From the NCBI GenBank assembly GCA_037442105.1, contig JBBIQV010000018.1, forward strand, positions 1 to 52,642: 52,642 nucleotides of DNA. Direction: 5' to 3'. Origin of the DNA: Nitrospiraceae bacterium (GTDB lineage Bacteria; Nitrospirota; Nitrospiria; Nitrospirales; Nitrospiraceae). The first letter of the stretch is position 1, and each line of letters starts with the position of its first letter. This document shows, one piece after another, positions 44,909-52,642 of this stretch. The notes below the pieces were generated by a model that searched no databases, was not told where the DNA came from, and saw nothing but the letters and a program-made list of their open reading frames with translations. Both the position numbers and the translations under genes were made by a program.

Positions 44909-46327
44909 GTGGTGGGGTTGGCCGACGTGAATCTTGCGGGCGCATGTGTGACGGTCGTTGGGGCGGCGAGAAGCGGCGTGGCGGCGGCGCGTCTGCTTCG
45001 GGCAGCCGGCGCGCTGGTCACGGTGGCCGATCGGAAAACCAAAGACGAACTGGTAAGCGTGTTGTCCATCTTGGACGGGGAACGAATCCCGGCCGCCGTC
45101 GGTCCCGCATACGAGACGGCGTTAGAAAAGTCCGATCTTATCGTGATCAGCCCCGGCGTGCCGTATCGTCTTGAGGCGCTCGAACGGGCGCGGCGCCGCG
45201 GGGTGACGGTGATCGGTGAATTGGAGCTGGCATCGCGGTTTCTCAAGGCGCCGATCCTGGCGGTCACGGGCACGAACGGCAAGAGCACGACGGTCACCTT
45301 GATCGGACGGTTTCTCCATGAAAGCGGCAAATACGCGTTTGTGGGAGGCAACCTCGGAACCGCGCTGAGCGAAGCGGCGCTGACGGTCTATCGAGCCGGG
45401 CAGGGAGGAGGCGGCGAGGGTGGACCCTACGATGCGCTGGTGGTGGAAGTGTCCAGTTTCCAATTGGAGACGATCGCGCAGTTCCGTCCCTGGATCGCGG
45501 CGGTGTTGAATATCACGGTGGACCACATGGATCGCTACGACAGTGTCGAGGAGTACGTGGCCGCGAAAGCCAGGATGTTCGAGAACCAGGCGGCAGGCGA
45601 TTACTCGCTCGTCAATCTGGACGACGAGCGGGTCTCTGCACTGGCGGCGAAGAGTCGTGCCACAGTACTGGGATTCAGCCGCCTGAGGGCGGTCGGCGGC
45701 GAGGTGGCCGGCGGAACCTGGTTGGAAGGGGATCGCCTTGTGACGACGGTCACCGGTCGGCAACAAGAGATTTGTCGGAGAAGCGAGTTGCGGCTGCTCG
45801 GCATGCACAATGTGGAGAACGCCATGGCTGCGGCGACCTTTGCGCTGCTCAGCGGATGCCCGCTGGACGCGATCCGGCGCGTGCTGGCGACCTTCCCGGG
45901 GATCGAGCATGCCTTGGAAGTGGTGCGCGATCGGAACGGGGTGCGATTCGTCAACGATTCCAAAGGGACCAATGTCGATGCCACGCTGAAGGCGCTGGAG
46001 AGCATCGACCAGCCGATCTGGCTGATCGCCGGCGGCTACGACAAGGGCGCCGACTTCGCTCGGCTCGTCCCGTCCATTCGGCAGCGGGTCAAGCGCGTGG
46101 TCTTGATCGGTGCGGCGGCTCCGCGGATTCACGCGGTGCTGAGAGAATTCGATCGGATCGCCCATGCGGGTACGTTGCGAGATGCAGTCGAGTTGGCTGC
46201 GCGGGAGGCGGCGCCCGGAGATGTCGTTCTGCTCTCGCCCGCCTGTGCGAGCTTCGATATGTTCGTGGACTATCAGGATCGGGGCCGGCAGTTTAAGCAG
46301 CTCGTGAACGAGCTGCCGGATTCATGA
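44909..46327 (+). CDS. murD: UDP-MurNAc-L-Ala:D-Glu ligase
   Basis: [40 protein letters not shown]. Confidence 0.97.
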   Translation: MVGLADVNLAGACVTVVGAARSGVAAARLLRAAGALVTVADRKTKDELVSVLSILDGERIPAAVGPAYETALEKSDLIVISPGVPYRLEALERARRRGVTVIGELELASRFLKAPILAVTGTNGKSTTVTLIGRFLHESGKYAFVGGNLGTALSEAALTVYRAGQGGGGEGGPYDALVVEVSSFQLETIAQFRPWIAAVLNITVDHMDRYDSVEEYVAAKARMFENQAAGDYSLVNLDDERVSALAAKSRATVLGFSRLRAVGGEVAGGTWLEGDRLVTTVTGRQQEICRRSELRLLGMHNVENAMAAATFALLSGCPLDAIRRVLATFPGIEHALEVVRDRNGVRFVNDSKGTNVDATLKALESIDQPIWLIAGGYDKGADFARLVPSIRQRVKRVVLIGAAAPRIHAVLREFDRIAHAGTLRDAVELAAREAAPGDVVLLSPACASFDMFVDYQDRGRQFKQLVNELPDS

Positions 46328-46335
46328 GTCATGAC

Positions 46336-46424
46336 AGCGCTCAGCGATGAGCCGTCAGCGTGAGAATGGAACGATGCGGCTGTCTCGGGTTGCGCTGAAG
46401 GCCGAACGCTGATGGCTGACGGCT
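46336..46424. repeat. Heptamer-repeat inverted array between murD and ftsW
   Basis: AGCGCTC AGCGATG AGCCGTC AGCGTGA ... CTGAAGG CCGAACG CTGATGG CTGACGG. Confidence 0.75.
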
Positions 46425-46445
46425 TTCCTGAAACGAGGCGTATGG

Positions 46446-47645
46446 ATGTCGCAGAAGACTGCGGGCACATTGGCGCTGCCCTGGCCGACATCGGGCCAGC
46501 GGTCGCACAAGCGGGTGGCGATGGATCACACCTTGCTGGTCATCACGATGGTCCTTGCTCTGGTGGGACTGGTGATGGTATTCAGCGCCAGCGCCGTCGT
46601 GGCCGGCAATCGGTTTCACGATCCGGGTTATTTCCTCAAGCGACAATTAGCCTGGCTCGCCTTCGGCTTTCTGCTGCTTCACCTCATGTCGCGCGTCGAC
46701 TACACATATTGGCGCACCATCGCCATTCCCATTCTAGGATTGACCTTCGTGTTGCTGGTCATGGTTCTGATCCCCTCCCTGGGCGTCGCGGCGAAAGGAG
46801 CGCGCCGGTGGTTGCGGATGGGCCCGATTTCCGTTCAACCAGCAGAGATGGTCAAGCTTGTCGCCGTGATCTATCTGGCCGCCTACCTCACCAAAAAGGG
46901 GGACAAGATTGCGGACTTCCCGACCGGTTTTGTGCCTCCACTGGTCGTGGTGGGGCTCTTGAGCGGGTTGGTGCTGCTCGAACCGGACCTCGGCACAGTG
47001 GTCGTGATGGGCGTCGTCATGGTTGGGATGTTGTTCCTGGGGGGCGCACGGCTTTCGCATCTTTTCGGGCTGGCGCTCTGTGCCGTGCCGGTCGTGCTGG
47101 CGTTGGTGTTGGGATCGAGCTACCGCCGCCAACGGCTCCTCACCTTTCTTGCGCCGTGGAAGGACGCAGCCGACGCCGGTTTTCAGGTCACGCAGTCCTT
47201 TCTGGCATTCGGCAGCGGCGGCGCGTTCGGAGTCGGGTTGGGCGAGGGCAAGCAGAAACTGTTCTTTCTGCCGGAGGCGCATACCGATTTTGTCTTGGCC
47301 CTTGTCGGCGAAGAGCTAGGACTGGTCGGCACCGCCGGCATCATCCTGTTATTTGCCGTTTTCGTGGTGAAAGGATTTCGGATCGCCGCTCGGGCTCGCA
47401 CGCCGTTCGGCCGACATCTCGCGACCGGCATCACGCTGCTGATCGGTCTGCAAGCGCTGATCAATGCGGGCGTGGTGACGGGCTTGCTGCCGACCAAAGG
47501 ACTGACACTGCCGTTCGTGAGTTATGGCGGCTCCTCGCTCGTGGTGAGCATGGCGGCAGTGGGGATGCTGCTCAGCATTTCGCGGGATCGACAGGCGGGA
47601 CGGGCCGGTAGCGGACGGGGCGGAGATGCCGGGTCAGGCGGCTGA
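46446..47645 (+). CDS. ftsW: SEDS peptidoglycan polymerase FtsW
   Basis: MVFSAS, GARRWL, QPAEMVK, EPDLGT, LPEAHTDF, LPTKGLTLPFVSYGGSS. Confidence 0.97.
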   Translation: MSQKTAGTLALPWPTSGQRSHKRVAMDHTLLVITMVLALVGLVMVFSASAVVAGNRFHDPGYFLKRQLAWLAFGFLLLHLMSRVDYTYWRTIAIPILGLTFVLLVMVLIPSLGVAAKGARRWLRMGPISVQPAEMVKLVAVIYLAAYLTKKGDKIADFPTGFVPPLVVVGLLSGLVLLEPDLGTVVVMGVVMVGMLFLGGARLSHLFGLALCAVPVVLALVLGSSYRRQRLLTFLAPWKDAADAGFQVTQSFLAFGSGGAFGVGLGEGKQKLFFLPEAHTDFVLALVGEELGLVGTAGIILLFAVFVVKGFRIAARARTPFGRHLATGITLLIGLQALINAGVVTGLLPTKGLTLPFVSYGGSSLVVSMAAVGMLLSISRDRQAGRAGSGRGGDAGSGG

Positions 47646-48772
47646 TGAACATCGTGATTGCAGCAGGGGGAACGGGGGGGCACCTCTATCCCGCTATTGC
47701 GCTGGCGCGGGAGTTTCTCAAGCGGGACCCGTCGACGCGGGTGGTGTTTCTCGGCACGGCGCGCGGGATCGAGTCCAAAGTGCTCGCTCACGAGGGGTTC
47801 GAGTTGAAGTTGATTGGCGCCAAGCCGGTGATGGGACGTGGAATCCGAGAAGCGATCACGGCGTTGATCGGCTTGCCGGTTGTGATCGTCCAGGCGATTC
47901 GCCTCCTCAGGTCGAAGCGGGCGGACCTCGTGATCGGTGTCGGGGGGTACACCAGTCCGGCGGTGGTGTTGGCCGCCTTTCTGCTGCGCATTTCACGCGT
48001 CATCGTCGAGCCGAATGCCTGCCCAGGCATGGCGAACATAGCGGTCGGCCCGTTCGCGCAGCGCGTCTTCGTCGCCTTCGATTCTGCAGCGGGTGCGTTC
48101 CGTTGGTCCGAAACCCGCGTGGTGGGCACCCCGGTGCGCCAAGCGTTTCTGGAGCCGGAGAGCAAGGCGGCCGGTTCGCCGACCGAGCGAGGTGGAAAAC
48201 GACTTCTCGTGTTCGGCGGCAGTCAGGGTGCGAAGGCGATCAATACGGCCATGATTGAAGCGTTACCGGAGCTGCGCGACCTGAGAGATATGCTGCTGGT
48301 GACACACCAGACAGGCGAGGCGGACCATGTGCGGGTCAAGGCCGCCTACGATGCGGCGGGGTTCCGCGCTGATGTGGTGCCATTCATTTACGACATGCCG
48401 CGGGTCTTGCGCGCCGCCGACGTGATCCTGTCGCGATCCGGTGCGATGACGGTCGCGGAAGTCACGGCCAGTGGAAAGCCGGCGATCCTTATCCCATTGC
48501 CGCAGGCCATCTACAACCACCAGGCGAAGAATGCGGAAGTCATGGAGGCGGCGGGTGCCGCGGTGGTGATTCCGCAGTCCGATTTGACCGGTCCCGGGCT
48601 TGCACAGGTGATCCGATCCATTCTAGGGGATGCGGAGCGGTTGCGGGCGATGAGTCAACGAAGCATGGCGATGCGACGGATCGATTCAGCCGAGGTCATC
48701 GTGCGCGAATGTTATGCGCTTACGGGAGGGCGGAATGGGACCAACGGCGCTGCTGGAAGGGCGAGAGCGTAA
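47645..48772 (+). CDS. murG: Lipid II GlcNAc transferase
   Basis: [36 protein letters not shown]. Confidence 0.97.
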   Translation: MNIVIAAGGTGGHLYPAIALAREFLKRDPSTRVVFLGTARGIESKVLAHEGFELKLIGAKPVMGRGIREAITALIGLPVVIVQAIRLLRSKRADLVIGVGGYTSPAVVLAAFLLRISRVIVEPNACPGMANIAVGPFAQRVFVAFDSAAGAFRWSETRVVGTPVRQAFLEPESKAAGSPTERGGKRLLVFGGSQGAKAINTAMIEALPELRDLRDMLLVTHQTGEADHVRVKAAYDAAGFRADVVPFIYDMPRVLRAADVILSRSGAMTVAEVTASGKPAILIPLPQAIYNHQAKNAEVMEAAGAAVVIPQSDLTGPGLAQVIRSILGDAERLRAMSQRSMAMRRIDSAEVIVRECYALTGGRNGTNGAAGRARA

Positions 48773-48839
48773 TGGCATTGACCAGGCTCCTCAACGTGGC
48801 GATGGGATCAAGTCGGGTAATGGGCTGAGGCGCACCTCG

Positions 48840-50240
48840 ATGTTTCGCAAGACGCAGCATATCCATCTGGTCGGCATCGGCGGAGCGGGCATGAGCGGTA
48901 TTGCCGAGGTGTTGCTCACGCTCGGCTACAAAGTCAGCGGGTCCGATCTTCATCAGTCCGATACGACGAAGCGGCTGGAGGAACTCGGAGGGAGGATTTT
49001 CATCGGCCATCAGGAATCCAATGTGGGCGAGGCGCAAGTCGTGGTGATCTCGTCGGCCGTGTCGCCGGCGAATCCCGAAGTGGTGACGGCGAAGGCCAAG
49101 CAGATCCCGGTGATCCCGCGCGCCGAGATGCTGGCCGAGTTGATGCGGTTGAAGTACGGCGTCGCGATCGCCGGAGCTCATGGGAAGACCACGACCACAT
49201 CCATGGTGGCCAGCGTCCTCGCGCAAGGCGGGCTGGATCCGACGATGGTGATCGGCGGGAAGGTGAACGCACTGGGGAGCCACGCGCGGCTCGGCCGCGG
49301 CGATCTCCTGGTAGCCGAAGCGGACGAGAGCGACGGCTCCTTCTTGCGGTTGGCGCCGACCATCGTGGCCGTCACCAACATCGACCGGGAGCACCTCGAA
49401 CATTACGGCACTATGGAGTGCCTGAACGAGAGCTTTCTGGAGTTCATCAACAAGGTGCCTTTCTACGGATTAGCCGTGCTCTGCGCGGACGACGAACGGC
49501 TCCGCAACCTGCTCCCGCGAATCGTCAAGCGATACCAAACCTATGGATTGCGGGAGCGAGACGGTGCGGCGCCGGATTTTCGCGCCGCCGAAATCGGTCT
49601 GAAGGAATGGGGATCGGAGTTTCGCGCCTATTTCCGCGGCAAGAATCTCGGCCCTTTCCGCTTGGCGATCCCCGGCGTCCACAACGTGTCCAACGCCCTC
49701 GTGGCGATCGCAATCGGGATGGAACTCGATGTGCCGCTCGACCTGATCCGGAAGGGGCTCGCATCGTTCACGGGAGTCGAGCGACGCTTCCAACTTCGGG
49801 GAGAAAAGGGCGGAGTCATGGTGGTGGATGATTACGGCCATCACCCGACGGAGATTCGGGCCACGCTCGCTGCGGCCAAGCAGGGATGGGATCGCCGGCT
49901 GGTCGTCCTGTTCCAGCCTCATCGCTACACCCGATCGCGGGATTTGATCGCGGAGTTTACCCATGCGTTTGATCAGGCCGATCTGTTGTACATGACGGAG
50001 ATTTATGCGGCCGGCGAAGCGCCGATTCCGGGCGTGTCGGGGGCGAAACTGGCTGAATCGGTGCGGGCTACCGGGCATCAGGGAGTGACGTTCGTGGAGC
50101 GGAAGGAAACACTGCCCGATTGCGTGTTGCCGGCGCTCAAGCCGGGCGACCTCGTGATCACCTTGGGAGCGGGGGATATCTGGAAAGCGGGGGTGGGGCT
50201 GTTGGAGCGGCTTCCCGCCTCGGCATCGCCGTCGTCATGA
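48840..50240 (+). CDS. murC: UDP-MurNAc:L-Ala ligase
   Basis: [46 protein letters not shown]. Confidence 0.98.
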   Translation: MFRKTQHIHLVGIGGAGMSGIAEVLLTLGYKVSGSDLHQSDTTKRLEELGGRIFIGHQESNVGEAQVVVISSAVSPANPEVVTAKAKQIPVIPRAEMLAELMRLKYGVAIAGAHGKTTTTSMVASVLAQGGLDPTMVIGGKVNALGSHARLGRGDLLVAEADESDGSFLRLAPTIVAVTNIDREHLEHYGTMECLNESFLEFINKVPFYGLAVLCADDERLRNLLPRIVKRYQTYGLRERDGAAPDFRAAEIGLKEWGSEFRAYFRGKNLGPFRLAIPGVHNVSNALVAIAIGMELDVPLDLIRKGLASFTGVERRFQLRGEKGGVMVVDDYGHHPTEIRATLAAAKQGWDRRLVVLFQPHRYTRSRDLIAEFTHAFDQADLLYMTEIYAAGEAPIPGVSGAKLAESVRATGHQGVTFVERKETLPDCVLPALKPGDLVITLGAGDIWKAGVGLLERLPASASPSS

Positions 50241-51187
50241 GCAAGAAGGTCCTGCGCCGTCGATCGGTGGCGCAAAGCCGGAAGCCGATCGCAGCCAAGG
50301 ATCTACGGGAGGTTGTCGCCGGCCTGCGAGGGAAGGTGACCTTCAATGCGCCGCTTCGGGACCACACATCTTTTCGGATTGGGGGGCCGGCGGACGTACT
50401 TGCGGAGCCGGCCGATGTGGAGGATGTGTGTCGGCTGGTCCGACAGGCCTATGCAGCCGGGGTCCGGGTTTTTGTGCTCGGCGGCACCAACCTTCTTGTT
50501 AGAGACCGTGGTATCCGTGGAGTGGTCGTGAGTCTGGCCAAGCTCAGGGCGATAAAGGAAGAACCCGGACATGTTCTGTATGCGGAGGGAGGCGTCGGGA
50601 TGCCCACGTTGATCGGCCATGCGATCCGACGGTCCCTTTCCGGCCTCGAGTGGGCGGCTGGTATTCCGGGGACGGTGGCCGGGTGCGTGGTGATGAATGC
50701 GGGAACCAGGCTGGGCGAGATGAGCAGTGCCGTCAAAGCTGTTCGAATCGTGACCACTACCGGACGTGTCGTAGAGCGTCCCGCATCAGCCATCGCCTTT
50801 GCCTATCGGCGCGCGCGTCTGCCGCGCGGCGTCGTGGTGGGAGTGTGGTTGCAACTGAAGCCAGGCGTGCGGGAAGCGATTAAAGGAGTGGTGAAGGACT
50901 ATCTCAAGTATCGGAAGGACACGCAACCGCTCACCATGCCGAGCGCCGGCTGTGTCTTCAAGAATCCGCCGAAGGATTCTGCCGGACGGCTGATCGAGAA
51001 GGCCGGACTCAAGGGGGCGTGCGTAGGAGATGCGCAGGTGTCGGAAAAGCACGCCAACTTCATCGTGAATCGCGGGGAGGCTCGTGCGGCGGATGTGGTG
51101 GCGTTGATCAGGAAAGTCAGACGTGAAGTGGAGCGACGCACCGGGGCCACGCTCGAGCTGGAATTGAAAATTGTCGGGCAAGCGTGA
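50237..51187 (+). CDS. murB: UDP-N-acetylenolpyruvoylglucosamine reductase
   Basis: [24 protein letters not shown]...[20 protein letters not shown]. Confidence 0.97.
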   Translation: MSKKVLRRRSVAQSRKPIAAKDLREVVAGLRGKVTFNAPLRDHTSFRIGGPADVLAEPADVEDVCRLVRQAYAAGVRVFVLGGTNLLVRDRGIRGVVVSLAKLRAIKEEPGHVLYAEGGVGMPTLIGHAIRRSLSGLEWAAGIPGTVAGCVVMNAGTRLGEMSSAVKAVRIVTTTGRVVERPASAIAFAYRRARLPRGVVVGVWLQLKPGVREAIKGVVKDYLKYRKDTQPLTMPSAGCVFKNPPKDSAGRLIEKAGLKGACVGDAQVSEKHANFIVNRGEARAADVVALIRKVRREVERRTGATLELELKIVGQA

Positions 51188-51193
51188 AAGAGG

Positions 51194-51279
51194 GTGATGA
51201 GTGAAGCGTGATGAGTGAAGGGTGGCAAGCGATAAGACGGATGGTTCCAACTCGTCACTCATCACCCATCACCCATCAC
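51194..51279. repeat. Heptamer-repeat inverted array between murB and ddl
   Basis: GTGATGA GTGAAGC GTGATGA GTGAAGG ... TCGTCAC TCATCAC CCATCAC CCATCAC. Confidence 0.8.
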
Positions 51280-51290
51280 GGGGAAAGACG

Positions 51291-52244
51291 ATGCCACTAA
51301 CGAGAGCGCGCGTCGGGGTCTTGATGGGTGGTGAGTCGGCCGAACGGGACATCTCCCTGAAGACCGGCCGGGCGGTTCATCAGGCCTTGCTACGTCGCGG
51401 CTACAACGCGGTGGCCATCGATGTCGGCCCTTCGCTCACTCGGGAGCTGGCGGATCAAAAGATAGAAATCGCCTTTCTCGCGTTGCACGGTCCGGGCGGA
51501 GAGGATGGCTCCATCCAGGGGTTCCTCGAGTCGATTAAGATGCCGTATACGGGTTCCGGGATCCTGGCGAGCGCGGTGGCCATGCATAAGGTGACGGCCA
51601 AGTCGCTGCTTAGGGCGGAGGGGATTCCGGTGCCGGCCGGCACGGTCGTCCATCGGGGAGAGAGTTCGACGGCCAACCGAGTCCTTCGGTCCGCCAAGTT
51701 GAAGCTGCCGGTCGTCGTGAAGCCGGCGACGCAAGGTTCATCGATCGGCGTCACCATCGTGCGAGAACCATCACGGTGGAAGGAGGCATTGCAACTGGCC
51801 CACCGGTACGAGCGTGAGGCGGTGGTCGAAGCCTATGTGCCGGGTCACGAGGTGACGGTGTCCATTCTGGGCGGATCGGACGGGAGGTTGCTTGCGTTGC
51901 CTGCCGTGGAGATCGTCGCGCCGGGCGGCTTCTACAATTTCAGTGCGAAGTATGAAAAGGGCAAGACACAGTACTTGTGTCCGGCGCCGCTGTCCGCAAC
52001 GATCGCGCGCCGGATTCGGGATCTGGCGATCACGGCCTATCGTGTAGTGGGGTGCGACGGGGCGGTTCGAGTGGATTTCCGGATCACGCCGCGATGGCGT
52101 CCCTATGTGTTGGAGATCAATACGGTTCCTGGCATGACGGAAACCAGCCTCCTGCCGATGGCGGCGGCGAAGGCCGGCATCGATTACGAGTCACTGACGG
52201 AACGGATTCTCGAATCCGCCCTCCGCAGAGCGAACCGGATGTAA
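51291..52244 (+). CDS. ddl: D-alanine--D-alanine ligase
   Basis: GGESAERDISL, LHGPGGEDG, GSSIGV, FYNFSAKY, EINTVPGMTETSLLP. Confidence 0.97.
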   Translation: MPLTRARVGVLMGGESAERDISLKTGRAVHQALLRRGYNAVAIDVGPSLTRELADQKIEIAFLALHGPGGEDGSIQGFLESIKMPYTGSGILASAVAMHKVTAKSLLRAEGIPVPAGTVVHRGESSTANRVLRSAKLKLPVVVKPATQGSSIGVTIVREPSRWKEALQLAHRYEREAVVEAYVPGHEVTVSILGGSDGRLLALPAVEIVAPGGFYNFSAKYEKGKTQYLCPAPLSATIARRIRDLAITAYRVVGCDGAVRVDFRITPRWRPYVLEINTVPGMTETSLLPMAAAKAGIDYESLTERILESALRRANRM

Positions 52245-52275
52245 CCGGATGTTGGGAGAGAATTAGGAGCAGCGA

Positions 52276-52642
52276 ATGAAGCCATCGCGAGAGCGGCGTA
52301 AGGAAATGCCGAAGGGACCGAAGCCGAACCAACGCAAGCAGTCGAACTGGGCTCGGGTTGCGCCTCACCGACATAGCCGCTCCGACCGATGGTGGAGTCG
52401 TCTCAGGAAAGGCATGCGAGTTACGGCGTGGCTCGCACTGTTCGGCGTAGGAACGGCGGGTGTGTTGATGGCGGCGCGGGAGGCCGGGCCGCTCGTTAAA
52501 AGCTGGTTCGAGGTGCGCGAGGTGATCGTGCAGGGGCTGCAGCATGTAACACGCCAGGAGATCATTGATCAATTAGCCCTGTCGCGCGAGGCGACGTTGT
52601 TCTCTGTCGTGCCGGATCAGTTAGGGCAGCAAGTGGCTCGTC
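52276..52642 (+). CDS. ftsQ: Cell division protein FtsQ/DivIB, N-terminal part (runs off the window end)
   Basis: Not in the ORF track. AGGAG RBS, basic N-terminus, TM helix, POTRA-like FEVREVIVQGLQHVTRQEII; follows ddl. Confidence 0.85.
   Translation, partial: MKPSRERRKEMPKGPKPNQRKQSNWARVAPHRHSRSDRWWSRLRKGMRVTAWLALFGVGTAGVLMAAREAGPLVKSWFEVREVIVQGLQHVTRQEIIDQLALSREATLFSVVPDQLGQQVAR

Noticed and set aside
46412..47611. 399-aa ORF overlapping ftsW in another frame
   Set aside because: Arg/Gly-rich with no motifs; typical shadow frame of a GC-rich, hydrophobic gene.

Overview
GC-rich bacterial chromosomal window. Gene content and style suggest Nitrospira/Nitrospirota (inference, not verified). 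(1) 1-5.2 kb is an accessory patch: a truncated GAF-domain gene, a holin-family remnant, a cytochrome c plus OB-fold pair, two toxin-antitoxin modules, several palindromic elements and an isolated fragment resembling a diversity-generating-retroelement (DGR) variable region. (2) 5.2-13.3 kb holds ispA-hpnA-cruF-like isoprenoid/hopanoid genes, a small protein with a C4HC3 (PHD-finger-like) signature, SpeD-like and SCP2 genes, and hypotheticals. (3) 13.3-18.6 kb is a TetR-MFP-RND efflux operon. (4) 18.8-27.5 kb is a complete-looking 2-aminoethylphosphonate/phosphonolipid pathway: PepM-like mutase with a non-canonical active-site motif fused to a nucleotidyltransferase, split ThDP decarboxylase, AEP transaminase, cytidylyltransferase, CDP-alcohol phosphotransferase and a flippase-like protein. 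(5) 27.5-37.5 kb holds an aldo-keto reductase, a Tat-exported large multicopper oxidase with a SCO-cytochrome c partner, cstA, yajQ, a BNR lipoprotein and a repeat protein. (6) 37.7 kb to the end is the dcw operon, rsmH to ftsQ, without mraZ but with MraZ-box-like repeats. Non-coding highlights: a two-copy structured element whose 47-nt core shows four compensatory base-pair changes, and eleven intergenic heptamer-repeat inverted arrays. All calls come from motif recognition by eye; no searches were run.
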